The notes under the pieces are model-generated. The model was not told the origin of the DNA, ran no database searches, and saw only the letters and a program-made list of their open reading frames with translations. The translations under genes and the position numbers were made by a program. From NCBI RefSeq assembly GCF_000006765.1, contig NC_002516.2: a stretch of 64,000 nt of DNA; one strand, written 5' to 3'. This document shows, piece after piece, positions 19,313 through 28,836 of the stretch (position 1 is its first letter; every line of letters starts with the position of its first letter). The stretch comes from Pseudomonas aeruginosa PAO1 (GTDB lineage Bacteria; Pseudomonadota; Gammaproteobacteria; Pseudomonadales; Pseudomonadaceae).

Positions 19313-21497
19313 GGACGGTACCTTGGCCGCTCGTCCGGCCGGCCAGTTCGGTCAGTGGCGAGGTCGGCGCGAGCAGGGAAGAACGGATGAAGTGCAGGTA
19401 GCTGCGCACCCGCCGTAGCGGCGAGCTGTCGAAGTGCGGCGCGCAGGGTTCGTCGGTGTGCCTGGCCGCGTGGATGGCCTGGTCGACAGCCGCCAGGGCG
19501 CGCTCCAGGTTCTCCGCACCGGGTCGCACGAACAGCCGGATCAGGGCCCGCCCCATGGCGCGGATCGCCTGGCGCCAGGGCATGGCCTCGGCGTAGCAGG
19601 GTTCGTCCGGCAGGCGCTCCTGCTCGCGACGCAGCTCGATGATCGCGTGGCCGACCTCGAGCACCAGGAACATCCAGCGCAGCAGCCCGCGCTGCACGTC
19701 CGGGCGCCCGGCGGCGACGCCATAGGCCTGGTTCAGCAGGTCGCGGGTACCGCTTTCGAAGGCCGAGCCAAGCCCCCTGCTCCTGCCGCTGATGGCGAAC
19801 ACCACGCGCATCCGCAGGTCGCGCTCGAGGCGCTTCCACAGCCAGGCGCTGTTGGGCGGCAGAATGACCGCAGCGGCCGCGGCCGAGAGCAGCATCGAGA
19901 GGATCAGGGCGATGTACTCGTTGATCACGTGGGCCGGGTCGTAGACGGTCAGGTTCGCCGGCACCGAACCGAAGCAGAAGAACACCAGCAGGCCGAGACC
20001 GTAGCCGGCCCACTGCGGCCGCGAGGAGATGAACGCGCCGAGGGCGAACACCGGCGCCAGTACCAGGCATAGCAGCGGGAAACCGTCGATATGCGGGTAG
20101 ACGAAGAACATCTCGCTGAAGCCGAGCAGCGCCGCCGCCATGGTGCCGATGGCCATCTGCATGGCGACCTTCTTCGGGTTCGGCGCCGCCGAGGCCAACG
20201 CCGAGACCGCCACCGCGTTGAGGGCGAAGGTGCCGCCGCTGGGCCAGGTGCTGTAGATCCAGAAACAGCCGAACAGCAGGATCATCAACCCGGTGCGCAT
20301 CCCCGCCACTGCCGCCGCCACCGCGTTGGCCTTGGCGGTGAAGGCGTCCTTCCACTGCTCGCGCTCGTGGCGGTGGGCGGCCAGCGAGGCATGGGTCAGG
20401 GCGTAGTCGTGCATCTCCTCGGCGAAACGGTAGAGCAGCTCGGCGGCGGTATTGAAGTCCAGCCGCGCCTCTTCGCCCGGCTCCCGCGCCAGCAGTTCTC
20501 CGCGCGCCTGGCGGATGCGCGCCATCAGGCGTTCGCGGCAGTCGGCGAGGCGCTGGGCGAAGCGCTCGGCGTCATGGTCGGTGACGGCGCGGCCACGGAT
20601 CTCCTCGAGCAGCCCGGTGATTTCCTCCAGGCACGGTTCGAACGCTTCCAGCACCTGGGTGGAGCCCTGCGCGCGCAAGCGTTCGAGCAACTGGTGGAGG
20701 GCGTGGAAACGGGTATTCATGGCCATGAACTCGCTGCTCAGGCGAATCAGCCGGCCATTGCGCAGGCGCATGTGCGGATCCTCGAAGGCGCTCGCCGCGC
20801 GCATCGTCTCCAGGCCCACGGCCTGGGCGGCGAAGGCCACGTTGCTGCTTTCGAAGCGCTCGCGCCCGCCGACCCCGCGCAGGCTGTCGAGGACGAACGC
20901 GGCGAACAGGCCGAAGCGCACGTACAGCGCATTGCGCATCGCCGCGCTGGTGGTCTGCGGCATGATCACCGCGCTGACCACCCCCGAGCAGAGGATCGCC
21001 AGGCTGATTTCCAGGACCCGCCAGATCGCCTGCATGAAGGCGCCTTCCGGATGGCTGGTGGCGGGGATGCCGATCAGCGTCGCGGTGTAGCCGGCGAGCA
21101 CGCAGGCGTAGGAGCGGAAGTCACGGTAGCGGGCGGCCCCGGCGGTGCAGAGGCCGATCCAGATCGCCGAGCTGAGCAGGAACAGCACTCGCTCCTGGGC
21201 GAACAGGGCGATCAGGGTGACCATCACGCTGAGGCCGACCAGGGTGCCGAGGATGCGGTAGAAGCTCTTGGCGAACACCTGGCCGCTCTGCGGCTGCATG
21301 ACGATGAACACGGTGATGGTCGCCGTGCTCGGCTGCGGCAATTCCAGGCGCATCGCCAGCCAGAGGGTCAGGAAGGCCGCGCAGAGCACCTTGAACACGT
21401 AGATCCAGGTCGCCCCGTCGCTGCGCGCCCACTCGGCCAGCGCGCGCCGCCACTCGTCGCGGCTGGGCAGGGCGAAACCAGCGGAGCGGCCACTCAT
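19302..21497 (-). CDS. FUSC/AaeB-family inner-membrane efflux protein
   Basis: FIVMQPQSGQVFAKSFYRILGT; duplicated TM-cytoplasmic architecture. Confidence 0.9.
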   Translation of the reverse strand: MSGRSAGFALPSRDEWRRALAEWARSDGATWIYVFKVLCAAFLTLWLAMRLELPQPSTATITVFIVMQPQSGQVFAKSFYRILGTLVGLSVMVTLIALFAQERVLFLLSSAIWIGLCTAGAARYRDFRSYACVLAGYTATLIGIPATSHPEGAFMQAIWRVLEISLAILCSGVVSAVIMPQTTSAAMRNALYVRFGLFAAFVLDSLRGVGGRERFESSNVAFAAQAVGLETMRAASAFEDPHMRLRNGRLIRLSSEFMAMNTRFHALHQLLERLRAQGSTQVLEAFEPCLEEITGLLEEIRGRAVTDHDAERFAQRLADCRERLMARIRQARGELLAREPGEEARLDFNTAAELLYRFAEEMHDYALTHASLAAHRHEREQWKDAFTAKANAVAAAVAGMRTGLMILLFGCFWIYSTWPSGGTFALNAVAVSALASAAPNPKKVAMQMAIGTMAAALLGFSEMFFVYPHIDGFPLLCLVLAPVFALGAFISSRPQWAGYGLGLLVFFCFGSVPANLTVYDPAHVINEYIALILSMLLSAAAAAVILPPNSAWLWKRLERDLRMRVVFAISGRSRGLGSAFESGTRDLLNQAYGVAAGRPDVQRGLLRWMFLVLEVGHAIIELRREQERLPDEPCYAEAMPWRQAIRAMGRALIRLFVRPGAENLERALAAVDQAIHAARHTDEPCAPHFDSSPLRRVRSYLHFIRSSLLAPTSPLTELAGRTSGQGTVHAS

Positions 21498-23014
21498 CGC
21501 GAAGACACCGCTCTGACCGGGACGTTCTCCGGCGCCAGCTTCCGCTGCGCCGGCGTATCGGCGCCGGCCCCGACGCCGCCGCCGAGGGCGGTGAGCAGGC
21601 TGGCATGGGCGGCCAGCCGGGCGGCCTGCACCTGCTCCTGGACCAGTTGCTGCTGGAACAGCCGGGTCTGCGCGTTGAGCACGTTGAGGTAATCGGTGAG
21701 GCCGCGCTGGTAGGCCAGGGTGGCGATATCGTAGGTCTTCTGCGCGGAAGCCACCGATTGCGCGGCGAAGTCCTTCTGGATGTCCACCGAATGCAGGCGG
21801 ATCAACTGGTCGGAAATGTTCTTCAGCGCATCCACCAGGGTCTGGTTGTATTGCTCCACCGCCGCGTCGTAGCCGGCCGCCGCCTCGCCCAACTGCGAAC
21901 GCAGGCGGCCGCCGTCGAAGATCGGCAGGGTCACCGCCGGGCCGGCGCTGTAGGTGTACTTGGCGCTGCGGAAGAACTCCAGCATGCCGCCGCCGACGGC
22001 ACTGAAGCCGACCGAGGCCATCAGGTCGACGTTGGGGTAGAAGTCGGCGCGCGCCACGTCCACGCCCTTGGCCAGGGCGGCGACCTGCCAGCGGCGGGCG
22101 ACCACATCCGGGCGGCGACCGAGCAGTTCGGCCGGCAAGGCGCTGGGCAGGCTCGGCTGCGCCGCCAGGTTCAGGCTTGGCCGGCGGATCGTGCGGCCCT
22201 CGCCCGGGCCCTTGCCGGCCAGGGCGGCGAGCAGGTTGCGGGTGAGCTGGATTTCTTCGTCGATCACCTCGATGCGGCGCTCGGTCTCGGGCAGCGGCAC
22301 TTCCGCCTGGCTGACCTCGAAATGCGTGCCGATGCCGCCGCGCAGGCGACGCTGGGCCAGGGCGAGGATGTCGCGCTGCTGTTGCAGCATGGCCTTGGCG
22401 ATGTCCATCTCGGCGTACTGCAACGAGAGCTGGACGTAGGCGCGGACGATGTTGCCCTCCAGCTCGAGCTGCGCCTGGCGCGCCTCGGCGGCGGCCATGT
22501 GGGCCAGGTCAACGGCGCGCTCGCTGTCGCTGCGGTCGCGCCCCCAGAGATCGAGCTTGTAGTTCAGGCCGATCTCGGTGGAGTTGTTCCAGGAAGTGGT
22601 CCGCGCCAGGTCGCCGGGGCCGTAGAAATAGTCGTCCGGCCAGCGGTGGCGGACCAGCGAGCCCTTGCCCTCGATCTGCGGCGACTCGATGGACTCCACC
22701 AGCCCGGCCATGGACTTCGCCTGGCGTACCCGCGCATGGGCTACCGCCAGGCCTGGATTGCCGTCCAGCGCCTTCTCGATCCAGGCGTCCAGCTGCGGAT
22801 CGGCATACACCTTCCACCACTGCGCCTGCGGCCAGCCGGCCTCGCGGGCGGCAGCCTGGATCGCATGGTCGGTGGCCAGGGCGTTGGCGTCGAGCGTGGC
22901 GGCCTCGGGGGCGATATCGCCTGTACTGACACAACCGGATATTGCGGAGAAAACGACGAGAAAACCGACGAAGGAGCCGACCAAGGTCAGTTCCTTCCTG
23001 AGAGCACGCGGCAC
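21494..23014 (-). CDS. opmI: Outer-membrane efflux lipoprotein (OMF/NodT family), probably OpmI
   Basis: Probable GTG start at 23014 with SD CCAGGA. Lipobox ISGC; ELLGRRPDV, FYPNVDL, PIFDGGRL. Confidence 0.8.
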   Translation of the reverse strand: MPRALRKELTLVGSFVGFLVVFSAISGCVSTGDIAPEAATLDANALATDHAIQAAAREAGWPQAQWWKVYADPQLDAWIEKALDGNPGLAVAHARVRQAKSMAGLVESIESPQIEGKGSLVRHRWPDDYFYGPGDLARTTSWNNSTEIGLNYKLDLWGRDRSDSERAVDLAHMAAAEARQAQLELEGNIVRAYVQLSLQYAEMDIAKAMLQQQRDILALAQRRLRGGIGTHFEVSQAEVPLPETERRIEVIDEEIQLTRNLLAALAGKGPGEGRTIRRPSLNLAAQPSLPSALPAELLGRRPDVVARRWQVAALAKGVDVARADFYPNVDLMASVGFSAVGGGMLEFFRSAKYTYSAGPAVTLPIFDGGRLRSQLGEAAAGYDAAVEQYNQTLVDALKNISDQLIRLHSVDIQKDFAAQSVASAQKTYDIATLAYQRGLTDYLNVLNAQTRLFQQQLVQEQVQAARLAAHASLLTALGGGVGAGADTPAQRKLAPENVPVRAVSSR

Positions 23015-23154
23015 GTTGTCTGATCCTGGAGGGGCGAAGCACGGAATTTGAACGGTACGGGCGCCGTTCAACCCGCTCGAGCGTTCGTGCGCTCGGGGGC
23101 CGATGAATTTTAAGAGGCTGGCGGCTGCTGATAAGCTGGCTCAAGTGCGATTGT

Positions 23155-23175
23155 TTATTGCGTAATGTGAAATAA
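23155..23175. promoter_or_regulatory. AT-rich dyad in the divergent efflux/LysR promoter (candidate LysR site)
   Basis: TTATT-N11-AATAA. Confidence 0.35.
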
Positions 23176-23229
23176 TCCGCCCTCGCAACAATCTGACACA
23201 CTTCTGCGCGTGCCTAGGAGGCCCCGTCG

Positions 23230-24183
23230 ATGGACACCCTGCAAAACATGCGAGCCTTCGTCTGCGTGGCGGAAACCGGAAGCTTCACCGCGGCGTCCCA
23301 GCAGCTCAACACCACCACCGCCTATGTTTCGCGGGCGGTGGCCAACCTCGAGACGCACCTGCGCACCCGCTTGCTCAACCGTACCACTCGTCGCATCGCC
23401 CTCACCGAGGCCGGCCAGCGCTACCTGCTGCGCTGCGAGCAGATCCTCGCCTACGTCGAGGAAGCCGAGGCCGAAGCCAGCGACGCCCATGCCCGACCCG
23501 CCGGCAAGCTGAAGCTGCATTCGATGACCGGCATCGGCCAGCACTACGTGATCCGCGCCATCGCCGGCTACCGCCAGCAGTACCGCGACGTGACCTTCGA
23601 CCTGACCATGGCCAACCGCGTGCCGGACCTGCTCGACGAGGGCTTCGACGTGGCCATCGTGGTGGCCTCCGAGCTGCCCGATTCCGGCTTCATTTCCCAG
23701 CGCATCGGCGAGACCTACAGCATTCTTTGCGCCTCGCCGGAGTACCTGCGCCTGAACGGCACGCCGAGCGAGCCTTCGGAGCTGGCCAGCCACGACTGCC
23801 TGCGCCTGGTCAGCCCGGTGGTGCCGCTGGATCGCTGGCTGTTCGACGGTCCCAACGGCCAGGAAATGGTCTCCATCGGCGCCTCGCCGTTCCAGGTCAA
23901 TGTCGGCGACGCCATGACCGAGGCAATCCGCTCCGGGCTGGGCATCGGCATCCTGCCGGTGTATTCGGCCATCGAGGACCTGGGCAAGGGCACCCTGGTG
24001 CGGGTCCTGCCGCAACACCGCCTGCAACAGCTCAACGTCTATGCGCTGTACCCTTCGCGGCAGTATCTCGACGCGAAGATCAAGACCTGGGTGGAATACC
24101 TCAAGGAAAGCCTGCCCGGCCTGCTCCAGCGCGACGAAGCGGCGCTGGTGGAGCTGGGCCTGGAACTCGGAAGACCCTCCTGA
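23230..24183 (+). CDS. LysR-family regulator (AaeR-like), divergent from the efflux operon
   Basis: HTH FVCVAETGSFTAAS...LLNRTTRRIALTEAG. Confidence 0.93.
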   Translation: MDTLQNMRAFVCVAETGSFTAASQQLNTTTAYVSRAVANLETHLRTRLLNRTTRRIALTEAGQRYLLRCEQILAYVEEAEAEASDAHARPAGKLKLHSMTGIGQHYVIRAIAGYRQQYRDVTFDLTMANRVPDLLDEGFDVAIVVASELPDSGFISQRIGETYSILCASPEYLRLNGTPSEPSELASHDCLRLVSPVVPLDRWLFDGPNGQEMVSIGASPFQVNVGDAMTEAIRSGLGIGILPVYSAIEDLGKGTLVRVLPQHRLQQLNVYALYPSRQYLDAKIKTWVEYLKESLPGLLQRDEAALVELGLELGRPS

Positions 24184-24277
24184 GCCGATAATCGCCCGCC
24201 CAGTGGCGGGCCCCTGCCCGCCGCTTCGATGGCGGTGGTATGGTCGGCGCTTTCGCTCCCGCTTGCAGAGTCCCGTC

Positions 24278-25255
24278 ATGAAAAAGAACGTCTTCGTCTT
24301 CAGTCGCCTCGCCCCCGAGCATCTCGAACGCCTGCAATGCCAGTTCAACGTCCGCGTGCTCGAACCGAAACAGGGCGACATCGACGCCCAGTACGCCGCC
24401 GCCCTGCCCGATACCCACGGCATGATCGGCGTCGGCCGGCCGCTCGGCGCCAGGCAACTGGAACAGGCGAAGCAGCTGGAAGTCATCTCCAGCGTCTCGG
24501 TCGGCTACGACAACTATGACCTGGACTACCTGAACCGCCGCGGCATCGCTCTCACCAACACGCCCGACGTCCTCACCGAGACCACCGCCGACCTCGGCTT
24601 CGCCCTGCTGATCAGCGCCGCGCGACGGGTCGCCGAGCTGGACGCCTGGGTCAAGGCCGGAAACTGGAAGCGCACCGTCGACGCCCCGCAGTTCGGCACC
24701 GACGTGCATGGCAAGAAACTCGGCATCCTCGGCCTCGGCCGGATCGGCGCGGCCATCGCCCGGCGCGGCCGTTTCGGCTTCGGCATGCAGGTGCTCTACC
24801 ACGGCAACAACCGCAAGCCGGAACTGGAACAGGAACTCGGCGCGCGCTTCCTCGGCTTCGACGAACTGCTCGGCGAGGCCGACTTCGTCTGCGTGGTGGT
24901 GCCGCTGGGAGCGCAGACCCGGCAGTTGATCGGTGCACGCGAACTGGGCCTGATGAAACCCTCGGCGATCCTGGTCAACGTCGCCCGCGGCCAGGTGGTC
25001 GATGAGGCCGCGCTGGTCGCCGCCCTGCGGGAGAAGCGCATCCTCGGCGCCGGCCTGGATGTCTACGAGAAGGAACCGCTGGCCGAATCGCCGCTGTTCG
25101 CCCTGGACAACGTGGTGACCCTGCCGCACATCGGCTCGGCCACCCACGAGACCCGCCGGGCCATGGCCGAGCGGGCGCTGCAGAACTTCGAGGCGGCCCT
25201 GCGCGGCGAGCGGCCGCTGGACCTGGTCAATCCACAGGTGTGGCGACGCGGCTGA
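24278..25255 (+). CDS. D-isomer 2-hydroxyacid dehydrogenase (GhrB/2-ketogluconate reductase-like)
   Basis: GILGLGRIG, NVARGQVVDE, LDVYEKEP, PHIGSAT. Confidence 0.9.
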   Translation: MKKNVFVFSRLAPEHLERLQCQFNVRVLEPKQGDIDAQYAAALPDTHGMIGVGRPLGARQLEQAKQLEVISSVSVGYDNYDLDYLNRRGIALTNTPDVLTETTADLGFALLISAARRVAELDAWVKAGNWKRTVDAPQFGTDVHGKKLGILGLGRIGAAIARRGRFGFGMQVLYHGNNRKPELEQELGARFLGFDELLGEADFVCVVVPLGAQTRQLIGARELGLMKPSAILVNVARGQVVDEAALVAALREKRILGAGLDVYEKEPLAESPLFALDNVVTLPHIGSATHETRRAMAERALQNFEAALRGERPLDLVNPQVWRRG

Positions 25256-25272
25256 GCGCGCCTCCCTCTCCG

Positions 25273-26175
25273 CTAGGTCGAGCGCGCCGGCCCGGCCAGC
25301 GCCGGCGCCTTCGGCTTGCGGAACACCAAGACGTTGCCGAGCATCACCAGGACCAGCCCGGCCAGCGCCGGTGCGGTCCAGCGGTAGCCCTCGGCGAAGG
25401 CCGAGATGTTCAGCGCCACCACCGGGAACAGCACGGTGCAGTAGGCGGCGCGATCCGGGCCCATGCGCCCGACCAGGGTCAGGTAGGCGGTGAAGCCGAT
25501 CACCGAGCCGGGGATCGCCAGATACAGCAGCGAGCCGACGTAGCGCGCGCTCCAGTCGAAACTCAGCGGCACGCCCTGGAACAGGCACAGCGCCAGGAGG
25601 ATCAGGGTGCCATAGAGCATGCTCCAGGCATTGCCGGTGAGCGGGCGGATGCCGGCCTTCTGTTGCAGGCTGGAAAGCATGTTGCCGGTGGAGAAGCACA
25701 GCGTGCCTAGCAGGGCCAGGCCGAGGCCGTAGAAGGTTTCCGGGGTGGCCTGGTGACCCACCAATTCCGGCCAGAACAGCAGCCCCAGGCCGAGCAGGCC
25801 GAGACCGCCACCGGCCATCACGTTCGACGCGATGCGCTGGCCGAACCACAGGCGGGCGTTCAGCGCATTCCACAGGGTGGCGGTGGAGAACACCACGGCC
25901 ACCAGGCCGCTGGGAATCCACTGGCTGGCGGTATAGAAGCAGATGAAATTCAGGCAGAACAGGCATACGCCCTGGGCCATGCACAGGCGTTGGCCCCGTG
26001 CGTCCAGCCTTTGCAGGCGGCGGCCGAGCAGCAGCACGGCGAACAGCACCAGCGCCGCCAGGGCGAAGCGGTAGGCGATCGACAGGGTGATCGCCACCGG
26101 GCCCATCTGCAGCTTGATGGCGATCCAGGTGGTGCCCCAGATGAGCACGGTGAGCAGGTACAGCGAAAGATTCAT
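25273..26175 (-). CDS. DMT/EamA-family transporter, 300 aa
   Basis: Start MNLSLYLL at 26175. IWGTTWIAIK; ten TMs. Confidence 0.9.
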   Translation of the reverse strand: MNLSLYLLTVLIWGTTWIAIKLQMGPVAITLSIAYRFALAALVLFAVLLLGRRLQRLDARGQRLCMAQGVCLFCLNFICFYTASQWIPSGLVAVVFSTATLWNALNARLWFGQRIASNVMAGGGLGLLGLGLLFWPELVGHQATPETFYGLGLALLGTLCFSTGNMLSSLQQKAGIRPLTGNAWSMLYGTLILLALCLFQGVPLSFDWSARYVGSLLYLAIPGSVIGFTAYLTLVGRMGPDRAAYCTVLFPVVALNISAFAEGYRWTAPALAGLVLVMLGNVLVFRKPKAPALAGPARST

Positions 26176-26291
26176 GGCGACTCCGCAACGACAGGATGCC
26201 GTCAGTCTGCGGGCGAGGCCGGGCGCGACCATTGTCCATTCTTGCGCTTTTCATCCGCCGCCTCTCGCGGCAGCGTCCGGGCGCGGGTAGC

Positions 26292-27182
26292 ATGGCCGGC
26301 ATGCACCAACCCAGTGATTTCCAGGTATTCCGCACCCTCGACCGGACCTCCAATGCGCGCCTGCTGCGCAGCAGCACGCTCAGCGACGGCCTGGCGCTCG
26401 CCCATTGGTACCGCGACGAAGCGGAGATCCTCGGCTACAGCGACCCCGGCCATCACACCCTGTCGCTCTACCTGCAGGGCGGCTGGCAGACCTTCCGCCG
26501 CGATCGTCCCGGGCTCTATGGCGGCCCCGACCGCTTTTGCGTGATGCCGGCCGAACACCACTCCGACTGGGCGGTAACACGCGGCCTGGGCTTCATGCAC
26601 CTGTACATAAGCCCGGAACGCCTGGCCGGCGCGGCGGTACGCACCCTCGATTGCGAACCACGCAGCCTGCAACTGGAGGAGCGCACCTACATCCAGGACG
26701 AGCCGCTGGCCGCCCTGTGCCGGACCCTGGAACGACAGGACTGGAACGAACCCGGCGAGCACCTGCTATGCACCAGCCTCGCCCACCAGGCGGTGGACCA
26801 CCTGCTGCTCACCGGGTGCGGCAGGCGTACCGACGTACGCTGGCAGGGCGGGCTGGCCGCGCACGTGCGGCGGCGCCTGGCCGACTACATCGAAAGCCAC
26901 CTGGAGCAGCCGCTGGAACTGGGGTCGCTGGCGGAGCTGGCGGCGCTCTCCGAGTACCACTTCGCGCGCATGTTCCGCGTATCCTTCGGCCTGCCGCCGC
27001 ACCGCTACGTGCTGGAACGACGCCTGGCGCGGGCCCGCGACCTGCTGGCGTACTCCGCGCAGCCGCTCCAGGAGGTCTCGCTGGCCTGCGGCTTCGCCAG
27101 TCCGAGCCATTTCAACCGGCGCTTCCGCGAAGCCCATGGCGCCACCCCGGGGCAGTACCGCGCCGCCCTGAAAGCCTCCTGA
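26292..27182 (+). CDS. AraC-family regulator, divergent from the DMT gene
   Basis: C-terminal LSEYHFARMF...CGFASPSHFNRRF. Confidence 0.9.
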   Translation: MAGMHQPSDFQVFRTLDRTSNARLLRSSTLSDGLALAHWYRDEAEILGYSDPGHHTLSLYLQGGWQTFRRDRPGLYGGPDRFCVMPAEHHSDWAVTRGLGFMHLYISPERLAGAAVRTLDCEPRSLQLEERTYIQDEPLAALCRTLERQDWNEPGEHLLCTSLAHQAVDHLLLTGCGRRTDVRWQGGLAAHVRRRLADYIESHLEQPLELGSLAELAALSEYHFARMFRVSFGLPPHRYVLERRLARARDLLAYSAQPLQEVSLACGFASPSHFNRRFREAHGATPGQYRAALKAS

Positions 27183-27233
27183 AAGCCAGGCGCCGACAGC
27201 CTGCGGTTGTAGGCAGGCATTCCCGCAGCATAA

Positions 27234-27252
27234 AATGATAACTATTATCATT
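27234..27252. promoter_or_regulatory. Fur box upstream of fecI
   Basis: AATGATAACTATTATCATT, near-consensus 7-1-7 TGATAAT dyad. Confidence 0.88.
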
Positions 27253-27282
27253 CGTTAATCCTTCTGCTCCGGGAATGTCCAG

Positions 27283-27792
27283 GTGTCGAGCGCCGACCTC
27301 GCCCATGCGGCCGCGTTGCATACCCTCTACAGCGACCACCACCACTGGCTCACGGGCTGGCTGCGGCGCCGCCTCGGCTGCCCGCAGAACGCCGCCGACC
27401 TGGCCCAGGACACCTTCGTCAAGGTCCTGGTTTCGCGCCAGGCCGCGCGCATCGACGAACCGCGCGCCTTCCTCACCACCATCGCCCGCCGCGTGCTGTG
27501 CAACCACTACCGCCGCCAGGACGTCGAGCGCGCCTACCTGGAAGCCCTGGCCAGCCTGCCCGAGCGGGAAGTCCCCAGCGAAGAGACCCGCGCCATCGTC
27601 CTGGAGACCCTGGTCGAGCTGGACCGTCTGCTCGACGGTCTGCCGCCGCTGGCCAAGGAGACCTTCCTGCTGGCCCAGCTCGACGGCCTGGGCTACGCCG
27701 AGATCGCCACGCAGCTGGGCATCTCCCTGAGCAGCGTCAAGCGCTACATGCTCAAGGCTGCGCAACGCTGCTACTTCGCCGAGCTGCCATGA
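27283..27792 (+). CDS. fecI: Iron-starvation ECF sigma factor FecI
   Basis: AADLAQDTFV; region 4 GYAEIA...SSVKRY. Fur box upstream. Confidence 0.9.
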   Translation: MSSADLAHAAALHTLYSDHHHWLTGWLRRRLGCPQNAADLAQDTFVKVLVSRQAARIDEPRAFLTTIARRVLCNHYRRQDVERAYLEALASLPEREVPSEETRAIVLETLVELDRLLDGLPPLAKETFLLAQLDGLGYAEIATQLGISLSSVKRYMLKAAQRCYFAELP

Positions 27793-28742
27793 GCCTGCCC
27801 GCCGCACCCAAGGTGCCGCCGCAGGTGGCTGAACAGGCCGTGCGCTGGCTGGTCGAGCTGCAGGGCGGCGCCGACGACGAACGCCTGCGCCAGGCCTGGC
27901 AGCGCTGGCGCCAGGCGGCCCCGGAACACGAGCAGGCCTGGCGCCACATCGAGGCGGTCAACCAGCGCCTGGCCGGGATAGGCACGCCACTGGCCCTGGC
28001 CGCCATCAACGCACCGCATTCGCCGCAACGCCGGCGCGCGCTGAAGACCCTGCTGCTGGTCCTGGCCGCCGGCGGCAGCGCCTGGGGCCTGCGCGAGAGC
28101 GGCAGCCTGCAGCGCTGGAGCGCCGACTATGCCACCGGCGTCGGCGAACGCCGGCGCCTGGCCCTGGCCGACGGCAGTCGCCTCGAGCTGAACAGCGACA
28201 CGGCGGTGGATGTCCGCTTCGATGCCGGCGAACGGCGCCTGCTCCTGCTGCGCGGGGAAATCCAGCTCAGCACCGGCCACGACCCGCGCCCGCTGCACGT
28301 GTACAGCGCGGAAGGCCGGCTGCGACCGGTGGGCACCCGGTTCGACGTGCGCCAGTTCGCCGGACGCACCCGCGTCGCCGTCCACGAAGGCGCGGTACAG
28401 GTGGAGAACCGCGCCGGCCAGGGCCTGCTGTTGCCCAGCGGCCGGCAACTGGACTTCGACCGCGAGCGACTCGGCGCTCCGCAGCCGCTGCCGGTCGGCA
28501 GCGGCGCCTGGACCGACGGCATGCTGGTGGCCGCCGGCATGCGCCTGGACGAATTCCTCGCCGAAGTCGCGCGCTACCGCCCCGGCCGGCTGGGCTGCGA
28601 CCCGCGCATCGGCGGCCTGCGGATTTCCGGCAGCTATCCGCTGGACGATAGCGAGCGGATCCTCGCCACCCTGCCGGCGGTGCTACCTGTGGAGGTACGG
28701 CGCGTCACCCGCTACTGGGTCGGCGTGCACCCGCGCGAATGA
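27789..28742 (+). CDS. fecR: FecR anti-sigma/signal transducer
   Basis: AVRWLVEL, LADGSRLELNSDT, VGTRFDV, RISGSYPL. ATGA overlap with fecI. Confidence 0.9.
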   Translation: MSLPAAPKVPPQVAEQAVRWLVELQGGADDERLRQAWQRWRQAAPEHEQAWRHIEAVNQRLAGIGTPLALAAINAPHSPQRRRALKTLLLVLAAGGSAWGLRESGSLQRWSADYATGVGERRRLALADGSRLELNSDTAVDVRFDAGERRLLLLRGEIQLSTGHDPRPLHVYSAEGRLRPVGTRFDVRQFAGRTRVAVHEGAVQVENRAGQGLLLPSGRQLDFDRERLGAPQPLPVGSGAWTDGMLVAAGMRLDEFLAEVARYRPGRLGCDPRIGGLRISGSYPLDDSERILATLPAVLPVEVRRVTRYWVGVHPRE

Positions 28743-28836
28743 GCGGAAAGATATTTCCGCGCACCTGAGCCTTTTTCCCCACCTCGCGTGACAGAGGAGG
28801 AAAGCCAACCTCGAAAGATCCACTGGAGTGTCCCTC

